From Octopus vulgaris (Eukaryota), in the NCBI GenBank assembly GCA_951406725.2, contig OX597814.1, positions 116,312,001-116,376,000 on the forward strand: a stretch of 64,000 nucleotides of DNA. The letters run 5' to 3'. The notes beneath the pieces are model-generated. The model searched no databases and had not been told where the DNA came from. It was given only the letters and a program-made list of their open reading frames with translations. Positions 12,193-26,439 of this stretch are shown here, piece after piece (position 1 is the first letter of the stretch; each line of letters starts with the position of its first letter). A program made the translations under genes and the position numbers.

Positions 12193-15050
12193 GTCTTGAT
12201 TTTCTGGTAGTGTAAAATCTATTATTGTACGTGAATGTAATGTAGGTTATCAACACAGTTCAGGACAGTGTGTATGATATGTGTATGTTGAATCACATGC
12301 ACTTTAGACACCCAGATCTAGAATTAATGCCTGCTGTTATTTTTTCACACTTTACGTCGGTGTCAATAGGAGAGTCTCCGAGCGACACTTCGCTAATGCT
12401 CGGGTATCTATTTGACGAAAAATCTATGAAGCGGATAATGAAGAACACGTATATGATCTGATGTGGGGAGAGAGAGAGAGGAGGAGGAGGAGGAGGAGGA
12501 GAGAAAGGGGAGAGAGAGTAAGAGAGAGAGAAGGCAAAGGAGAGAGAGATGTGGAGGGAGCGAGAGGAAGATGGAGAGAGAAGGGAGTAACATGAAGAGG
12601 GCGAGGGAGAGAAAGTAAAATATTAAAACAGGGCGTTATGATTGAGGGCGTAGATATGTTAAATGTTATAAGGACCCTCCACAACTTATTTCGTTTGAAG
12701 TTCGAAAAGTGAGAGCAAACAGATCTGGAAAAACAGAATGACTGGAGTTTACTAAACTTGTTTAAGCGCCGCTGTTTAAATGATAGATTATTAAGTTCAC
12801 TTTTCTTATTCGCGGTATTTATGAAAATATAATTGTTTCGCAGTTATTCAATAACGTAAAGGACAGACATATATCATTAGAATTATCTAGACGTTTCATC
12901 ATTTTGTAATTTTATTAAAGAAGGCGATCGTTAATGTTATTAGATTTAAATTGGCGTCATACTTCTTCTTTATCTTTCATCATTGCATATTGAAAGGAAG
13001 AAATGGAGATGAGGAATGTGTAAAATGCGGAAGTAAAACAAAAGAGTAAGAGAAATGAGAATCGAAGAATGAAAAATACAAAGAAGAACTTTAAAACAAT
13101 GACGAACAGAAATGAAGAGAAAAGTTGAAAGATGGTGAAGTTTAATGATAATAGAAGGTACATTAAACGAAAGAATTAATAGCGAAAGCGATTTAATGAG
13201 TAAAAGAAGAAAGATCATGATAATATAGAAAATAATAAAGATAATTTTAAACAAATGAAATGCAGTAATACGATCGCCATTAGCATTTGGCATATTTTAT
13301 CTTCAATTTCTACATCATGTTTTATGAAAATTGGAGTGTGTTCCAAATATGAAAATAGTATACACACTAGTTTCTTTAATACGAAGATAAATTAGCTGAG
13401 TGTGGAAAATTTTGCAACTCTCTGATTCACGGAGAAGTGGTGGGGGAAGCTGAAATCCAACTCAGTTCTATTATTTATTTCGTATGTAGATTTTATTTTA
13501 ATACAATTTACAAAATTGTTGAAAATAAGTCCTCTGATCTCCTAGGTATGAAAAATGCGATAGACATGCAACGCATTTAATGGATAATCATTCATTTGGA
13601 GTCACGAAACTATGGAAGATTATAGTAACATACTTATATTTAGTACATTTTCTCAACTGAAACGAAGAGAATATGGTCACTGGAGTTGGCATGAATGTAT
13701 ATTTTAATATTTGACCCTATCACAGATTCAATAAAAGGTCTTGCCCTTTTACTAGCAGATACGTCAAGCAAGGATGACTCTTAAACCCAGCTTCAGCGCA
13801 CAAAATAATCTTGATAGATTCATATGTGATCCCTGAATTGAGAAAGCCACGTTTCTTTTCCAAACACCCTTTTTATACTAATTCTAATCATGAACGTATT
13901 CTCCTAATTAAATTCCAGAAATTCGTAACTAAACAGAAGAAAAGCACAAAAATAAAGCAACAGAAATATATTAGACAATCGAAATTAAACAGTGAAACAT
14001 TGAGGGAAATCTAGGTCATAATCCAATTATGGTATACAACGGCAGTCATGAAGATCTATATCGTATAGGTAGATGCTCTGACTTCAACATATAACTACAC
14101 AGTTGTTAAGGGTTCTGTTGATCTACAATGGTTGCTTTCATTGTATGATTGGAAGAATACAAGATATATATATTAGTCATTAGAATTGACGTAATTTTCA
14201 GTAGAAAATATGTCTTCCAATATTGTTCTTGAGTTTAGACAATGGTAAAGAATTCCCTATTACTTATTTGTTCGATGTGCCTATTATATAATACATTTCA
14301 TCGAAACTCAAATATACATCAATGACTAGACAATAAGTTTTCAAAGTGTTAAAATTTTAGAAGAGAATATACGACTCCTGTATGATTCAACTTGGCTTTA
14401 CTTTCGCAAACGTGCAGAATGTGCTGCCGTTTTATTTTAAAACGACATTCGTCTGTTTAAAATGAATCGCATAGCCTTAAATATTCTGAAATACTACTTG
14501 AAATAAATTTGCAATTCTGAAACATTATGGTAAAATTCCCCCTTGAACATATTGAAATGTGTTACTGTTTTCTTGTCTGCAAGCCATCATAACATAAATT
14601 TTAACATTTGCAATCATAAGTGCATAAAAAAACAGAAACAAGCTACATAAAAAAGCCGATATAATGTGAATTATTGGCGGTAAAAAGAAACAAATATATT
14701 ACCTCTAGCAAGGAGGAATCCATCATGAAATTTTTCTCGCTCATAATTTAATCCACAATTAATTATACTGAAACGTATGTTCTTCCTGCTAGGAGAAAAT
14801 TCTTTTGCATAAATGGTTTTAGGTTTATTACATTCCTCTCAAGCAAACTATCTGCTGTACATTGCTGTATAAACATTAGTAATTTGCTTTCTTCACCAAG
14901 ATTTGACTTTATATTCCTGTTTGTATAGAGAATGTTAATGTTTAGTATATATTTACGCTTATATTTCGTTTTCACTGAATGTTCTCCAACTATATTATTT
15001 ATTTATTCTTTTCTTTCTCTTTCTCTCTCTCTCTCTTTGTTTATTTTCCC

Positions 15051-15092
<42 letters not shown>

Positions 15093-16096
15093 GTATCCCT
15101 CTCTTTTACTCTCCCTCTCCCAACAATAGAATGATGTTATGGTTATGACTAAAAGTTGTATGATATGTTCGAGACTTGCTACACTTTCCACGCTCAGCAA
15201 ATAAAAATAGACGTTTTCCCATGCTGATCATAACAATGATAAATAAAACTGCTGGATATTAGCAGTAGGAATATTAGTTATCCACTACCTCACACTTGCC
15301 ATATTCTGTTCGTGCTTTTGTCTATAATTTGTCTGCAAAGACACCCCGCCTATTATTTGCACAAACCATAAATAATTTTCTTTTCATTTTTATGCACTCA
15401 ATGTACAGGAACTCGGTATAGCAGGACAATCAAAGATAGAAATGCTTATTGTTCGCTATAATTTCCATTTATTAAGCAACTGTTGTTTGAAAACTGACAG
15501 GGCTGTCTAATTTTTGATTTTGTTTTTGAATTGTCTTAGAGTTGGAGCTATGAAAACAGTACCTGAGTTTAAGTCTTGCCTTGGATATTATATTATGTTG
15601 GTGATGATGATGGTGAGGATGATGATGATGATGATGATGAGGAGGAGGAGGATGATGATGCTGATGATGATGATGTTGATAAAAACCATGACAATAACTA
15701 TAAACCGCAATAGGAATAGTAATAGTATTAAACAGGGTTAAGTCGTCAGTCAACAGACTAATGACAATATAAATATTACAGTTTTCTTTGTGAGGTTTAG
15801 AGATCGTTTGTTGTCTCAAAAGAAACATATAGGCAGCTTAGAGCTTATAAATAGCATTCAGAATTGGATAATATTAAAACGGTGATGCATAAAATGCTGT
15901 GGATAACATAATGCTTTGGATAATATAATGCTTCTAAAGAAAGATGCTGCTGCTAAGAGGCGGACATCCGTTTGAATTCGGTGAAGTGCGTTAACTGTTC
16001 CTTATCTCCATTCGACATCTGTATGTCTTGTATGCCACCTCCACTCTTGTTGAGTGGAGTTGAGATAATTATAGAAAGCATTAGTAAAGTAGCCTT

Positions 16097-16900
16097 AAGG
16101 TGGTAGCCTAGGAGAACCGTTAAAGTGTCGGAACAACTGCTTTGCGGTATTTCTTCCGATTTATTACTGAGTTCAAATTCTGACTGGAGTCGGTTTTATT
16201 TTTACCTCCTCCCTGGTGTCAATAAAATAAATTGCCAATCAAGTACTAGGGTTCGTAATATCGACATTACCCTACTTTTAAAATTGCCGGCTTCGTGACA
16301 AAATATAAAATTATTACAAATAGGATGAAGGCGGCGAGCTGGCAGAATCGTTAGAGCGCTGGACGAAATGCTTAGCGGTATTTCGCCCGTCGTTACTTTG
16401 AGTTCAAATTCCACCGAGGTCAACTGTGCTTTTCATCCTTTCAGGGTCGATAAAATAGGTACCAGTTGAATACTGGGGTTAATGTGATCGACTCCTCCCT
16501 ACCCACCCAAGCTGCCCCTATTGCAAAAAATTGAAATAATTATTACTAATAGGATGAAGGCAGCGAGCTGACAGAATCGATAACATGCCGTGCAAAAAGT
16601 TTAGCTGCATTTCAACCGCCTTTACATTCTTAGTTCAAATTCTGCCAAGGTCAGCTTTGCCTCTTATTTTTTGGGGTCGATAAAATAAGTACCAGCAAAG
16701 TATTCGAGTCGATGAAAGCGCCTAGTCTCTCCAAAATTTCAGGCCTTGTGATGATTAATAATAGGTTCTGTTAATATGTCACTAAAGAAAGTGATCTGTC
16801 GCAGCCATTAGAACATCGAGTAAATTACTTTGTAATACTTATTCCGGATTAAAATCCCACCGTGGGTCCGCTTTGCACTTTTATCATCCGGAACTGGTAT
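16097..16900 (+). mobile_element. Cluster of three to four tandem family A SINE copies
   Basis: Clear heads at 16329 and 16558, each preceded by taggatga; more decayed copies near 16097 and 16790. Confidence 0.8.
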
Positions 16901-16904
16901 CGAT

Positions 16905-17425
16905 CTCCGAAACTGGTTGTTCGTTGTGTTCTTGAGCAAGACATTTCATTTCACGTTGCTCCAGATATCTCAGCTGTCAATGAGGAACCCTACGGCGGAC
17001 CAGTGTTTCGTTTAGGGGAAATATAGTGAATTCGGTCACTTATACGCCGTGGAAATCAATCGAGTAATCGACCCTATAAGTCCTAGGAATCGGGAAAGTA
17101 ATATCCAGGGGCTGAAGATGATTATTTGTACCAGTGTGAATGTTTGTAGTGTAGTAGTTAGTGTGTTCCACTCTCGATCGTCAGATTGTAGGTTTGATTA
17201 CCGGATCGAGCAATGCGTTGTTTTCTTCAGCAAAGCACTTCATTTCACGTTGCTTCAGTCCACTCAGCTGCGAGTGGGTCACACTAACCTTCCGATCAGC
17301 AAGCATATTGACCTTCTCGCTTAGTCAGCGGTGTGGCATCATTTGAAATCTAAAAATACAATGCAAAGCGAATTATGAATAGTGATGTATACAACATCCA
17401 ATATACTGGTCGATCACGTGATCTG
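16905..17425 (+). mobile_element. Decayed tRNA-derived SINE copies
   Basis: Share gagcaagacatttcatttcacgttgctccag core with each other and with 35953-36250. Confidence 0.6.
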
Positions 17426-17809
17426 TACTAACATGAAATGGGATAACAAAAACCAAATCTTGCGCGGCTCAGATTGTATTTTGTTAGAAATTCTTTCAAA
17501 CAGTGTTTTACTTTTATTAAATTCCACTTTTACAGAAACCAACTTCACTTCTTTTATACTTTCTGATTAATCTGAATAATTTGATGACTATTGATCATAG
17601 CCACTATATAGAAACACGGCGGTACTGCATGCATAAGACAAACCTGGAGGGATCTAAGCCATATGGGATCTCCAATTAGAAAGCATTTAAATTCCAGTCA
17701 TACGTCAGATGAAGTATAATTATATTTCACAAGTTGACCATCAGTTGTTTAACCTTGGATGGCAATTACCTAATGAAAATGCTGGCTGGTGGTGAGAATT
17801 ATGTCTCAA

Positions 17810-18062
17810 ACGTGAAGCTGTTGTTGTAAACACGATACCATTCATGTGACACTGTAGTAGTGAATATCATATCACACATGCAAGAATATGTTGCTAAACA
17901 TAATATCACAGATGTGACATTTGTGGCAGTAAATATTACACCCCACATATGATGCTGTGTTATTGAAACCTTTATATCATACGCGACTCTTTGCTAGTGA
18001 GTATGATATCACAAACCTGACGCTGTGGTCGTAAACATTACACTACACGTGACGCAGTGACG
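17810..18062. repeat. Degenerate ~34-bp minisatellite, about 7 units
   Basis: Recurrent gtgac(a/g)ctgt...gt(a/g)aa(c/t)at..(t/c)a(t/c)cac frame at ~34-bp spacing. Confidence 0.55.
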
Positions 18063-18771
18063 CATTCACTTGCATTAGTTAAGTTTGGAAAGATAACCCC
18101 CGAGGTTCAAGAGTTTTAGAAAATTATGCCTTGTAATGTTTGGTTCAACCATTGGCACACTTGATGCTACTCGAAACTTCATAACTTAAGGAAGCGGCAG
18201 ACGTAAATTATCGACAGATCATTCTTGATATCGAAAAGGCCGGTGGGCCAGACAAAATGCCCAGAGGTTAATTGATGTTTCGTTACATTCTAGGAATTTC
18301 AACCGTGTTTCGTGGTCTGCTATCACAACAGGTCCTTTATATGATCCAGTTAGCTCAAGACATCATCAGGAGGAAAAACGTCCAGTTTCGGCCCCTACTC
18401 CTCTACTGTTTTGACGTGGAAGCCCTCTCACTTTCGGAGGTGTCTTCGGCTTTGATGTTGGGTGCATATCTTCGTTCTTTCTTCTGTTCCCTGGCCTCTT
18501 CGATGTGGCGTCAACGAGTGTCAGCGGGCGACTGACTGCCTTGTCAAATTTTTTCCCCATAAAATACCTGCTGCTAGGCTTCAGCAGGCAGCCCCAGCAA
18601 GTTGTCACGTGACACTGTCTTAAATTTAACTGACCATGAAGGCGCGTAATCTTAGCCCACGTAAGTTCTGTTGGAGTCAAGTTTACTGTCTTAAATTCTG
18701 GACTCGATAAAATACGTACTAAGCAAATACTAGAGATCTCTGAGATAATCGACACTCATTGTTCGAAATAT

Positions 18772-19001
18772 TCTTTTATTCTTTGACTTGTTTCAGTCAT
18801 TTTGACTGCGGCCATGCTGGAGCACCGCCTTTAGTCGAGCAAGTCGACCCCATGACTTATTCTTTGTAAGTCTAGTACTTATTCTATCGGTCTCTTTGCC
18901 GAACCGCTAAGTTACGGGGGACGTACACACACGAGCATCGGTTGTCAAGCAATATTGGGGAGACATACATATACATACACACACACACACACACACATAT
19001 A

Positions 19002-19060
<59 letters not shown>

Positions 19061-19240
19061 GGCGGTCTTCTTTCAGTTTCCGTCTACCAAATCCACTCAC
19101 AAAGCTTTGGTCGGCCCGAGGTTATAGTAGAAGGCACTTGCCCAAGGACGGAACTCGGAACCATGTGACTAGTAATCAAGCTACTTACCATATAGCCACT
19201 CCTGCGCCTATTTACGACACAGCCACTCCTGCGCCTATGA
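18772..19240 (-). mobile_element. tRNA-derived SINE, family B
   Basis: Reverse complement of 10444-10830, with a locally duplicated head (agccactcctgcgcctat twice). Confidence 0.85.
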
Positions 19241-19275
19241 AAATATGTTAAAAACGTATTTTTTTTACATTAGTA

Positions 19276-21067
19276 TTTATAGCCTCCGCCTTCGATATGG
19301 CGGAGGTATTGTTTCAGCCGTGTTTTTTTTGTTTGTTTGTTTGTTCAGGGACACGATATCTCAAGAACCGTAGGATGGATTCGGATGAAACTTTTAGGGA
19401 TGTTTGGCCTCAACTGGCACAAACGGATTAAATTTTGGAATCGATCCGGTACTGGAGAAGGATTCTGGATTATTTTCCGTTTTTTAAAAACTTTTTGAGA
19501 GCGTTCGGGACCATTTTTAGTATTCTCGTTTGTGAGAGCAGTCGATTTTATTTAAGATATTCTCATTTTAAAAATCCTCTCTGGTTAATCGTTGAGAGGA
19601 CGTTGGTGTTCTAGTCGAGTCATTTGATTCCCTGTTGCATTTGATGTGTGTTTGCTTCATGTGAGTCTTGTTGTTTAAATTGTTGAAGGCCTACCGCACC
19701 TAATTGTTGTATTTGTGAATTGTTAAATTTATTGTTACCTGTGAATTTTTATTTTCTTCCGCATTTATGGGTGAAGTTGGGAATAACAATATTATGGAAA
19801 GTCAACCAATTCCAGCTGGCAGTTACGCTGCAGGGACTGGGAAAAGTCTAACGGCAGATGTCTTGAAAATTAGAGAAATTCAACTGAACAAAACAAATTT
19901 TAAGAAGTATAATGAATAGTTAAGAAAGGAAGGAGACAACCTGAGGTTGACGCCGCTCAGGGAAATTATGAAAAAACAGAAAAAAAGACAGTAATATACA
20001 GAACGCTGTCTATTGCTACAAAAAGAGTTGAAATAGCTGCAGTGGAGGCAGTCGAAGAATGCTTGAAAGAAATCGAAAGTCTAACTACGTACTACACCAG
20101 AGGAAAGAAATACGGCAGAGTGGAGGTACCCTTCGCAAGTGAACAAGAAGCGATAAAACACTCCACTGTGACTTTGAGATCAACTGAGTGAGCACTACTG
20201 CCAACTTACTGTGGCAAACGTGCGGCTAGAGTTAGGATTGGTAGAGTGCCCACAGAAATTGACGAGGCGTGACTGGTGGCAGCCATACTCTATAATGCAG
20301 AAGAGGAAACCAAAATACTTAAAATCACAAGAACTACGGAGGTAAAGTGCTGGGTATACGGCCTTGAGGTGTCGGTTCACATCAGTTTACCAGACCTCCA
20401 CAAAATTGTAGAGGAATTGGTGTTGCCAGACTGGACGAAGTTGAGAGTTGTAGTGGAAGGAGGACCTCCCGTATGCTATCAATGTGGAGTACGGGTACAC
20501 ATGAAAGCCAAGTATCCCCAGAAACACGAAGAGGAGGAGATAGGGAAAGAATAACAAGAAGAAGGGGTTTTAACCGTAGAAGAGCAAAGTATGGAAGAAC
20601 GGTATACAGTGGTGAAGAGGAAGGAGAGTAATGCGGACTTACCACCAAAACGTCGTAGGAAGAAAAGATAAGGAAATGGAGTGAAGACGCAGAATGTGGA
20701 AGAAGGAAAAGCGAAAGAGCAGAGAAAAAATGAAAGGCGAACAAAAGTTAGTGAAGGGGTCGAGGAGCGAAGAGAGAAACGTTTATCAGCAATCAGCAAC
20801 GAGGAGAAAGTACAGAAGGAAAAGGAAGATGAAAGAGAAAAGATAACAATAAAGAATGAGAGACATACAGAGATAGAAATACCAGCAGCAGTAGAAGAGA
20901 TTGGTGAAGAAAATCAGAGAGAGACACCGAAAGGAAAACGAATAAGAAATATGTTACAATACACAAAAAGTGAAGAGATAGAAAAAAAAAAGATTGCGAA
21001 AATGAAGAATGTAATTAGAATTAAATTGCCATCCAACTAGATGAATGCAGGTTCGAAAGCAGTTCTG

Positions 21068-21113
<46 letters not shown>

Positions 21114-21582
21114 AAGGTTAAAGGAATTGTTTGGTGAAAAGTGAGAAATGACACCAGTACAGTATTGTTCTGAATTGCCGCCGGTGGTGGCATTCAAAGG
21201 TTTAATGAAGTACTTGGCGTAAATGAGGGTAAGGGAGGAAATTTAAGAACTGAATAATTAGTCACTTGGTGTAAATAAAAAAAAAAAGAGGAGAAAAAAA
21301 GGGAAAACCAACAGATACAAGACAGAATATTGAACAGTTGGTAAAACGTTATATCAAAACAGTAAAATGAGACTGCCTGCTTATGGAGGGCAGGTAAGTC
21401 ATTCCATCCTCATTTTTCATTGTATCGATAATTTCATACGATATGGGTTTTTATGTACCCCATGGTATTGTTATGTATGTACTTGTATTGTCCCCTCCCT
21501 TTTAGAGCCATGTGCTCAGTAAAAGAAATTAGGACGTTGGTGTTACCTTGGCGGAGGTTTGCGCTCTCTGAGTGCTCTTGTT
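19276..21582 (+). mobile_element. Helentron-associated non-autonomous element (HINE/DINE-1-like), split by an insertion at 19611-21530
   Basis: 5' cctccgcc...ggcggagg hairpin, (gttt)n tract, 3' subTIR ggcggagg (21550-21557), terminal hairpin gcgctc-tct-gagtgc, T-rich ends. Confidence 0.75.
19611..21530 (+). mobile_element. ORF1-only L1/Tx1-like non-LTR element (HAL1-like), decayed
   Basis: 14-bp TSD aggacgttggtgtt (19597-19610 and 21531-21544). Broken ORF has VEGGPPVCYQCGVRVHMKAKYP zinc-knuckle remnant then a K/E-rich tail. No RT seen; ends in hairpin plus agtaaaagaaa. Confidence 0.7.
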
Positions 21583-22955
21583 TATTATTGCAGCACAGGA
21601 CAAAAATAATGTGGCGCGACACCAATTATAGCTAGCGATTGATTTTAATTTTGAAGGAATAATCTTTAAAAAAAATCAGATTTGATGTTATTTATCTCAG
21701 AAGAGAGGTAGAGCAGAGATAAATAGTGAGAGGTGAGTATTCCAGTGTTTTACACGTGTGCAATATAATTGACTTATAATTTAGGCAAGCTGTCTTACAT
21801 CTGTGGGTTTGAGGTACGGTCAACTGAGTCGGCCCTAATATTCTACTGCAATTTTAATTTTAGCGATTCTCAGAAAATAAAGACGAAGATTAACACTGAT
21901 GGGATATTAACTAACGAATTAAAGAGACCATGAAATATAGTCCGGGCAGTCTCCATTACTGTATTTCCTATATCGTAGCGACATAATAATAAACATTCTA
22001 AAATTAATATCAATCTAGAAGATGCTATCGACAGAATCAATAATTGACATTTCAGAAGTTGTTTGCGGTCGTACTAAATTTTATTAGTAACACGACAATT
22101 ATGAATATATATTCACAAGCTGATATAAAAGCACAATGAATCATACAGGTCTCTTTTGTTTTACTTACTTCTGCAACAAGGATGCAGTCGCCCGTTAAAA
22201 ACAGATAACCTCATGTAATGACATATCTCAATTGATTTCTCGTATGACATTTGCATTAACGCTGGTTATCGCATAAAGTATGCGTGTTAAAGCTTTGGAC
22301 GTATATGTCTTGAGTAGTGCTTATTCAAGCGTATCTATGTTGATTTAGTGAAAAACAAATGAAATGAAATTATCCTCGCTACCCAGAAACATGATTTATC
22401 ACGCCACTGATGATAGCCGTGATGTTGTGGTAAGTTTTTATAGTTTTTATAGAACGATATACACTGTCCTCTTTCGATTAACAACTAAAATTGTTTTTAT
22501 TATATCCGTTCCAGCTTCGCACCTTCAACAAATACACGCCTTCCAATAACGCCATATTTGATTCCTAAAATACATAAATAAGCATAGTCTGTTGTGTAAT
22601 GGGGAGTTTGTAGATTAGAAACAATGTCTTATAATCAGTTAAATCAAACATAGTGTTTTACTGGCGATCTGGAGTGATAAACATATTAATACATTATCTC
22701 TACTAGTGGCTTTTAAACATAGAAAGTGAAGGTGCAATATTAAATATTACAAGTCATTATCGTTTGGCATCCTCTGCCGTTCTCTAAACAGATATATCTA
22801 CCTACCTATCTATCCTCCCCGAAAAGAAAAGCTCTACTTTGTAATTTGTCCCGCCTGTGTTCAGCCCTGTGTGGCTAATAAAGAAACATATCTATCTATC
22901 TATCGATCGATCGATCTACCTACCTACCTACCTACCTACCTACCTACCTACCTAC

Positions 22956-23010
<55 letters not shown>

Positions 23011-23859
23011 CCTATCTATCTATCTATGTCCCTTCTTTTCTACTTCTATTATTTGTTGAATGACTTACTAAAATAATTGAACAACTTTTGCTGCCAATCT
23101 AATCTATATTCTGAATACGAGGACACAGATATTGTAGAACTAGTTATCTCACAAAATTTAGGGTGATCTCAACTAGAATGCCTTTTAGCATTTGGATGTA
23201 TATTCAGTCTGAATTGATAAGAGATGGAACCGCAACATTGTTAACCCTCAAAGTTTCCGAATATAACACCCATGAACACAGAACAATATCGGAATTAAGT
23301 AAATGGTTACAATCAAATTCGTATTAGCTGTGCAAACAAGACACCGAAAAGAGACAAATTGGGAGTTTATCATAAAAACATTGATTTGAATAAATTTTGT
23401 CACTGACAACTTGATTCGCTAAAGTGATGCGGCCAGCGAGAGACAAGGATGAGCTTGATATATTGGTCAACTCAGGTCACATGGTGTTAATGCTGCGGAG
23501 AGGATATAGTTCCTCTATTCTTAGGCCCATGTGCTTGACTAGGGTTTTGGGTAGACGTTGTCAGTATGGCAAGAACTAGCATTATAGTGTATCTAGTAAC
23601 ATCACTTCCCTGTAGTCTTAGTACAGTGGGAGTTTTAGCGCGTGTTCGTACTTGGTGTCCCTTCAGTGTGACATTAACATATTAGCGGCATAAGTTTATA
23701 CGTGGGAGTGACTAAATTTGATGGTGTTAGGTTAAAATGACGTCTACGTGATCAGCTTGGGAGGTACTGTAGTTTACACGGTCGACAGATATTAAATAGT
23801 CTACAGTAGTGTAGGGGACGGTCAGGCATGGAGTCGTATATTCAGATTGTCAGTTGATT

Positions 23860-24185
23860 AAGAAGGAGTACTTATGGTTGCCACAATAATACTCATGAGG
23901 GCAACATTCTTTCCGTTGATGGAGACTATCGGTTGGTGAAGTTTGTATAGTTTCTCGAGGAGACAGACTTAGCAATTGTGAGTTCTAGGTGAGTAAAGTG
24001 GGGCGCCTATCATTGAGGCTCCATTTGATATTCTGATGGTCGCGAAATATCCTGTTAAAAGGGGACAGGGATGTAGAAGTTTCCCTATCCCTGCGCCTGA
24101 AGGAGTACGAAGGTCATGTATTCCTCCTTTAAACTCATCGGCTGTCATGCCTATGTAGAATCTTGTGATGGTATTGTATGGTGTG
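23860..24185 (-). pseudogene. Penelope-like element GIY-YIG endonuclease remnant (Naiad/Neptune-like)
   Basis: Frameshifted translation FYIGMTADEFK...YSFRRRDRETSTSLS...NIKWSL...YSPRTHNC.VCLLEKLY. Confidence 0.6.
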
Positions 24186-25208
24186 AGGACAGACCCCTGA
24201 GGGACGTCACTGGTGGCTTTTGCTGGGTTTTAGTGGATTCCACTGATTCAACACGTGTTCTGTTCTCCAGGAAATACTCAATCCAGTATAGAGGTTTTAC
24301 ACGGATTCCAACATTTGACAATTTTGACAATAGGATATCACGTTCAACTCTGTCGAACGCTTTATTGAAGTCAAGCTATATGACATCAGAGTTCAAACCT
24401 GTTCCCAAGGCTTTAAGGATATCATCGATGTGGTGTAAGAGCTGTGTTCGACAGTCCCTGCCGCAACGAAAGCCATGCTGGTTTGAATTTAAGAATCTGT
24501 GGCTCTCCAGGAAGCCAGCTATGCTTGATCGCATCACTCTTTCAAACACTTTAATGATATAGGAGGTGAGTGAGATTAGTCGATAGTTAACTCCGAGGAA
24601 TCTGTTCCCGTGTTTGAAAACCAGGAAGACAGACTGGGATAGTTCAAAGCTCTTCTTCAGAGGTTAGTGGGAGGGTCTGCAAGTTGGTGTTTACATTCCT
24701 TCAGGAGACTAGTGGGGAATCTGTCAGGGTCTACAGCAGAATAATATTTGATCTTATTTATTGCTGCTATGATGTCTGAAGCAGTAAAAGGTTATGTCTG
24801 AGATTATACTTTGGGAATCGACTTCGTTCATGTCCCTTACGTCAATCTCAGTGGGATCACTAAAGACAGAGCAGTATTGTTTCTGCAGTACCTCTGCCAT
24901 TTCTTTAGCATCATGCTGGAGAATGCCGTTCATCGATCCATGAACCAATGGGTAAGACGCTTGGGTTCTGTTTAACTTCTTTTGATTACCCTCTGTTCCT
25001 CTGCAGCTCTTTGGTTTTCAATAGAGGTTTTCATGTTGGTCTGCAGATTAAGTTTTTCCAACTCCAGCCTTTTCATTGTTGTTGAATGGGAATATTGTAT
25101 GTGGGAGTATTTTAATTGGTTGATTTTTTTATTGAGTCTTTCGATGCGCCTGATGAGTGTTTTTTTCTCTGTAGGGAGCTTGTTTCTCATTGTATTAGTG
25201 GATTTCAT
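24186..25208 (-). mobile_element. CR1/L2-group LINE RT fragment, same family as 41.1-42.9 kb
   Basis: EMAEVLQKQYCSVFSDP, NYRLISLTS, NQHGFR, DVI*LDFNKAFDRV, VPQGSVL. Confidence 0.85.
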
Positions 25209-25209
25209 A

Positions 25210-25324
<115 letters not shown>

Positions 25325-26439
25325 AATATTAGGGTAATAAGAAATTATAGAAATTGTAATTACCAATGGCCCAGCACAAAAATAACATTAGCCAATAGAC
25401 TATATATTTTTTAATTTTCATTCCTTTCCAGAATTTATCCCTAATTAGTGGTTTGAGCTTTCTACTGCTCTTTCTAGCACAAGGCTTTCCTATTTTGAAG
25501 CTTCTTAATGTGTTTTAATGTACACGAGATTTATATATATATCTATATATCTATATGAGTGTGTGTGTGTGTGTGTGTGTATACAGATACACATATATAT
25601 ACACTCTCCCAATGTTCAAGGAAGAAAGTTAAGTAATGAGAAATAAAATCCTACATGGCAAGAAGTTTTGGGGAAAACTTTCGTTTTATTCCGTCGAGAT
25701 ATTCTTACTGTTCACAGCCAAACCGAATAAGAGATGTCACGACGGTGATTATTATTAGTAAATGATTATTTTTGTGTTGTTGTTGCTAAGATTGTTTGAA
25801 ATTCTATCGATCAAAGACTTACTTTGTATGTCTCCGAAGACGTTATGAATGTGGAGACTAAGTTAAATAAATATGTGGTCGTAATTGGTTAAACATTGAC
25901 AGCGTTATCTCACATGCACAGATAAATATTTGGCTGTTTGTGTATGTGATTCTGTGTATATGGATGGGAAAGAAGCTAGGAGGAAAACGGCGGGGTTTCA
26001 ATTAAGGTTTCTAATTAATTCTGTGAGTTTATGCATGGAAACCATATATATCTTGTATGAGGGATATTTATTGTCTTCCTAATTACTACTTTATCGAATG
26101 ATAGCATTGTGGAGTTAATATTAATAGCGGTGGGAGGTGTTGGAAAGGATTTTCAGAAAATTGACAGAGTCTACTAATTCAATCATGCATTATAGTGATG
26201 AAGATTATTTATTTATTATTTCTAAATAATCGCCATAGCCTGATCGGTAAGAATGATAAACAGGCTGATTAAAATAGCATTAAATATTTATTAGCATTCA
26301 TCACCTTTAATGCTGAAGTAATAAAAATCTCTATATTAATGTGTGTGTTTTACCCCTCGGGGAACAATTAAGACACTTGAGGTCGGCTAAAATTTATAGG
26401 AATTATGGTTTCATTGCTGTCATGTTTTATCTTTATCTT

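Noticed and set aside
17810-18062. ~34-bp periodic repeat as a CRISPR-like array
   Set aside because: No constant repeat with unique spacers and no cas genes; eukaryotic context. It is a degenerate minisatellite.
18355-18395. Minus-strand GAAAC...GUU...CUGAUGA as a permuted hammerhead
   Set aside because: No stem I hairpin between the triplet and the core, and stem II arms do not pair.
23478-23533. HHR-like three-way fold downstream of the GIY-YIG remnant
   Set aside because: Stems cacaugg/ccaugug and agagga/uccucu exist, but the CUGANGA and GAAA cores are absent.
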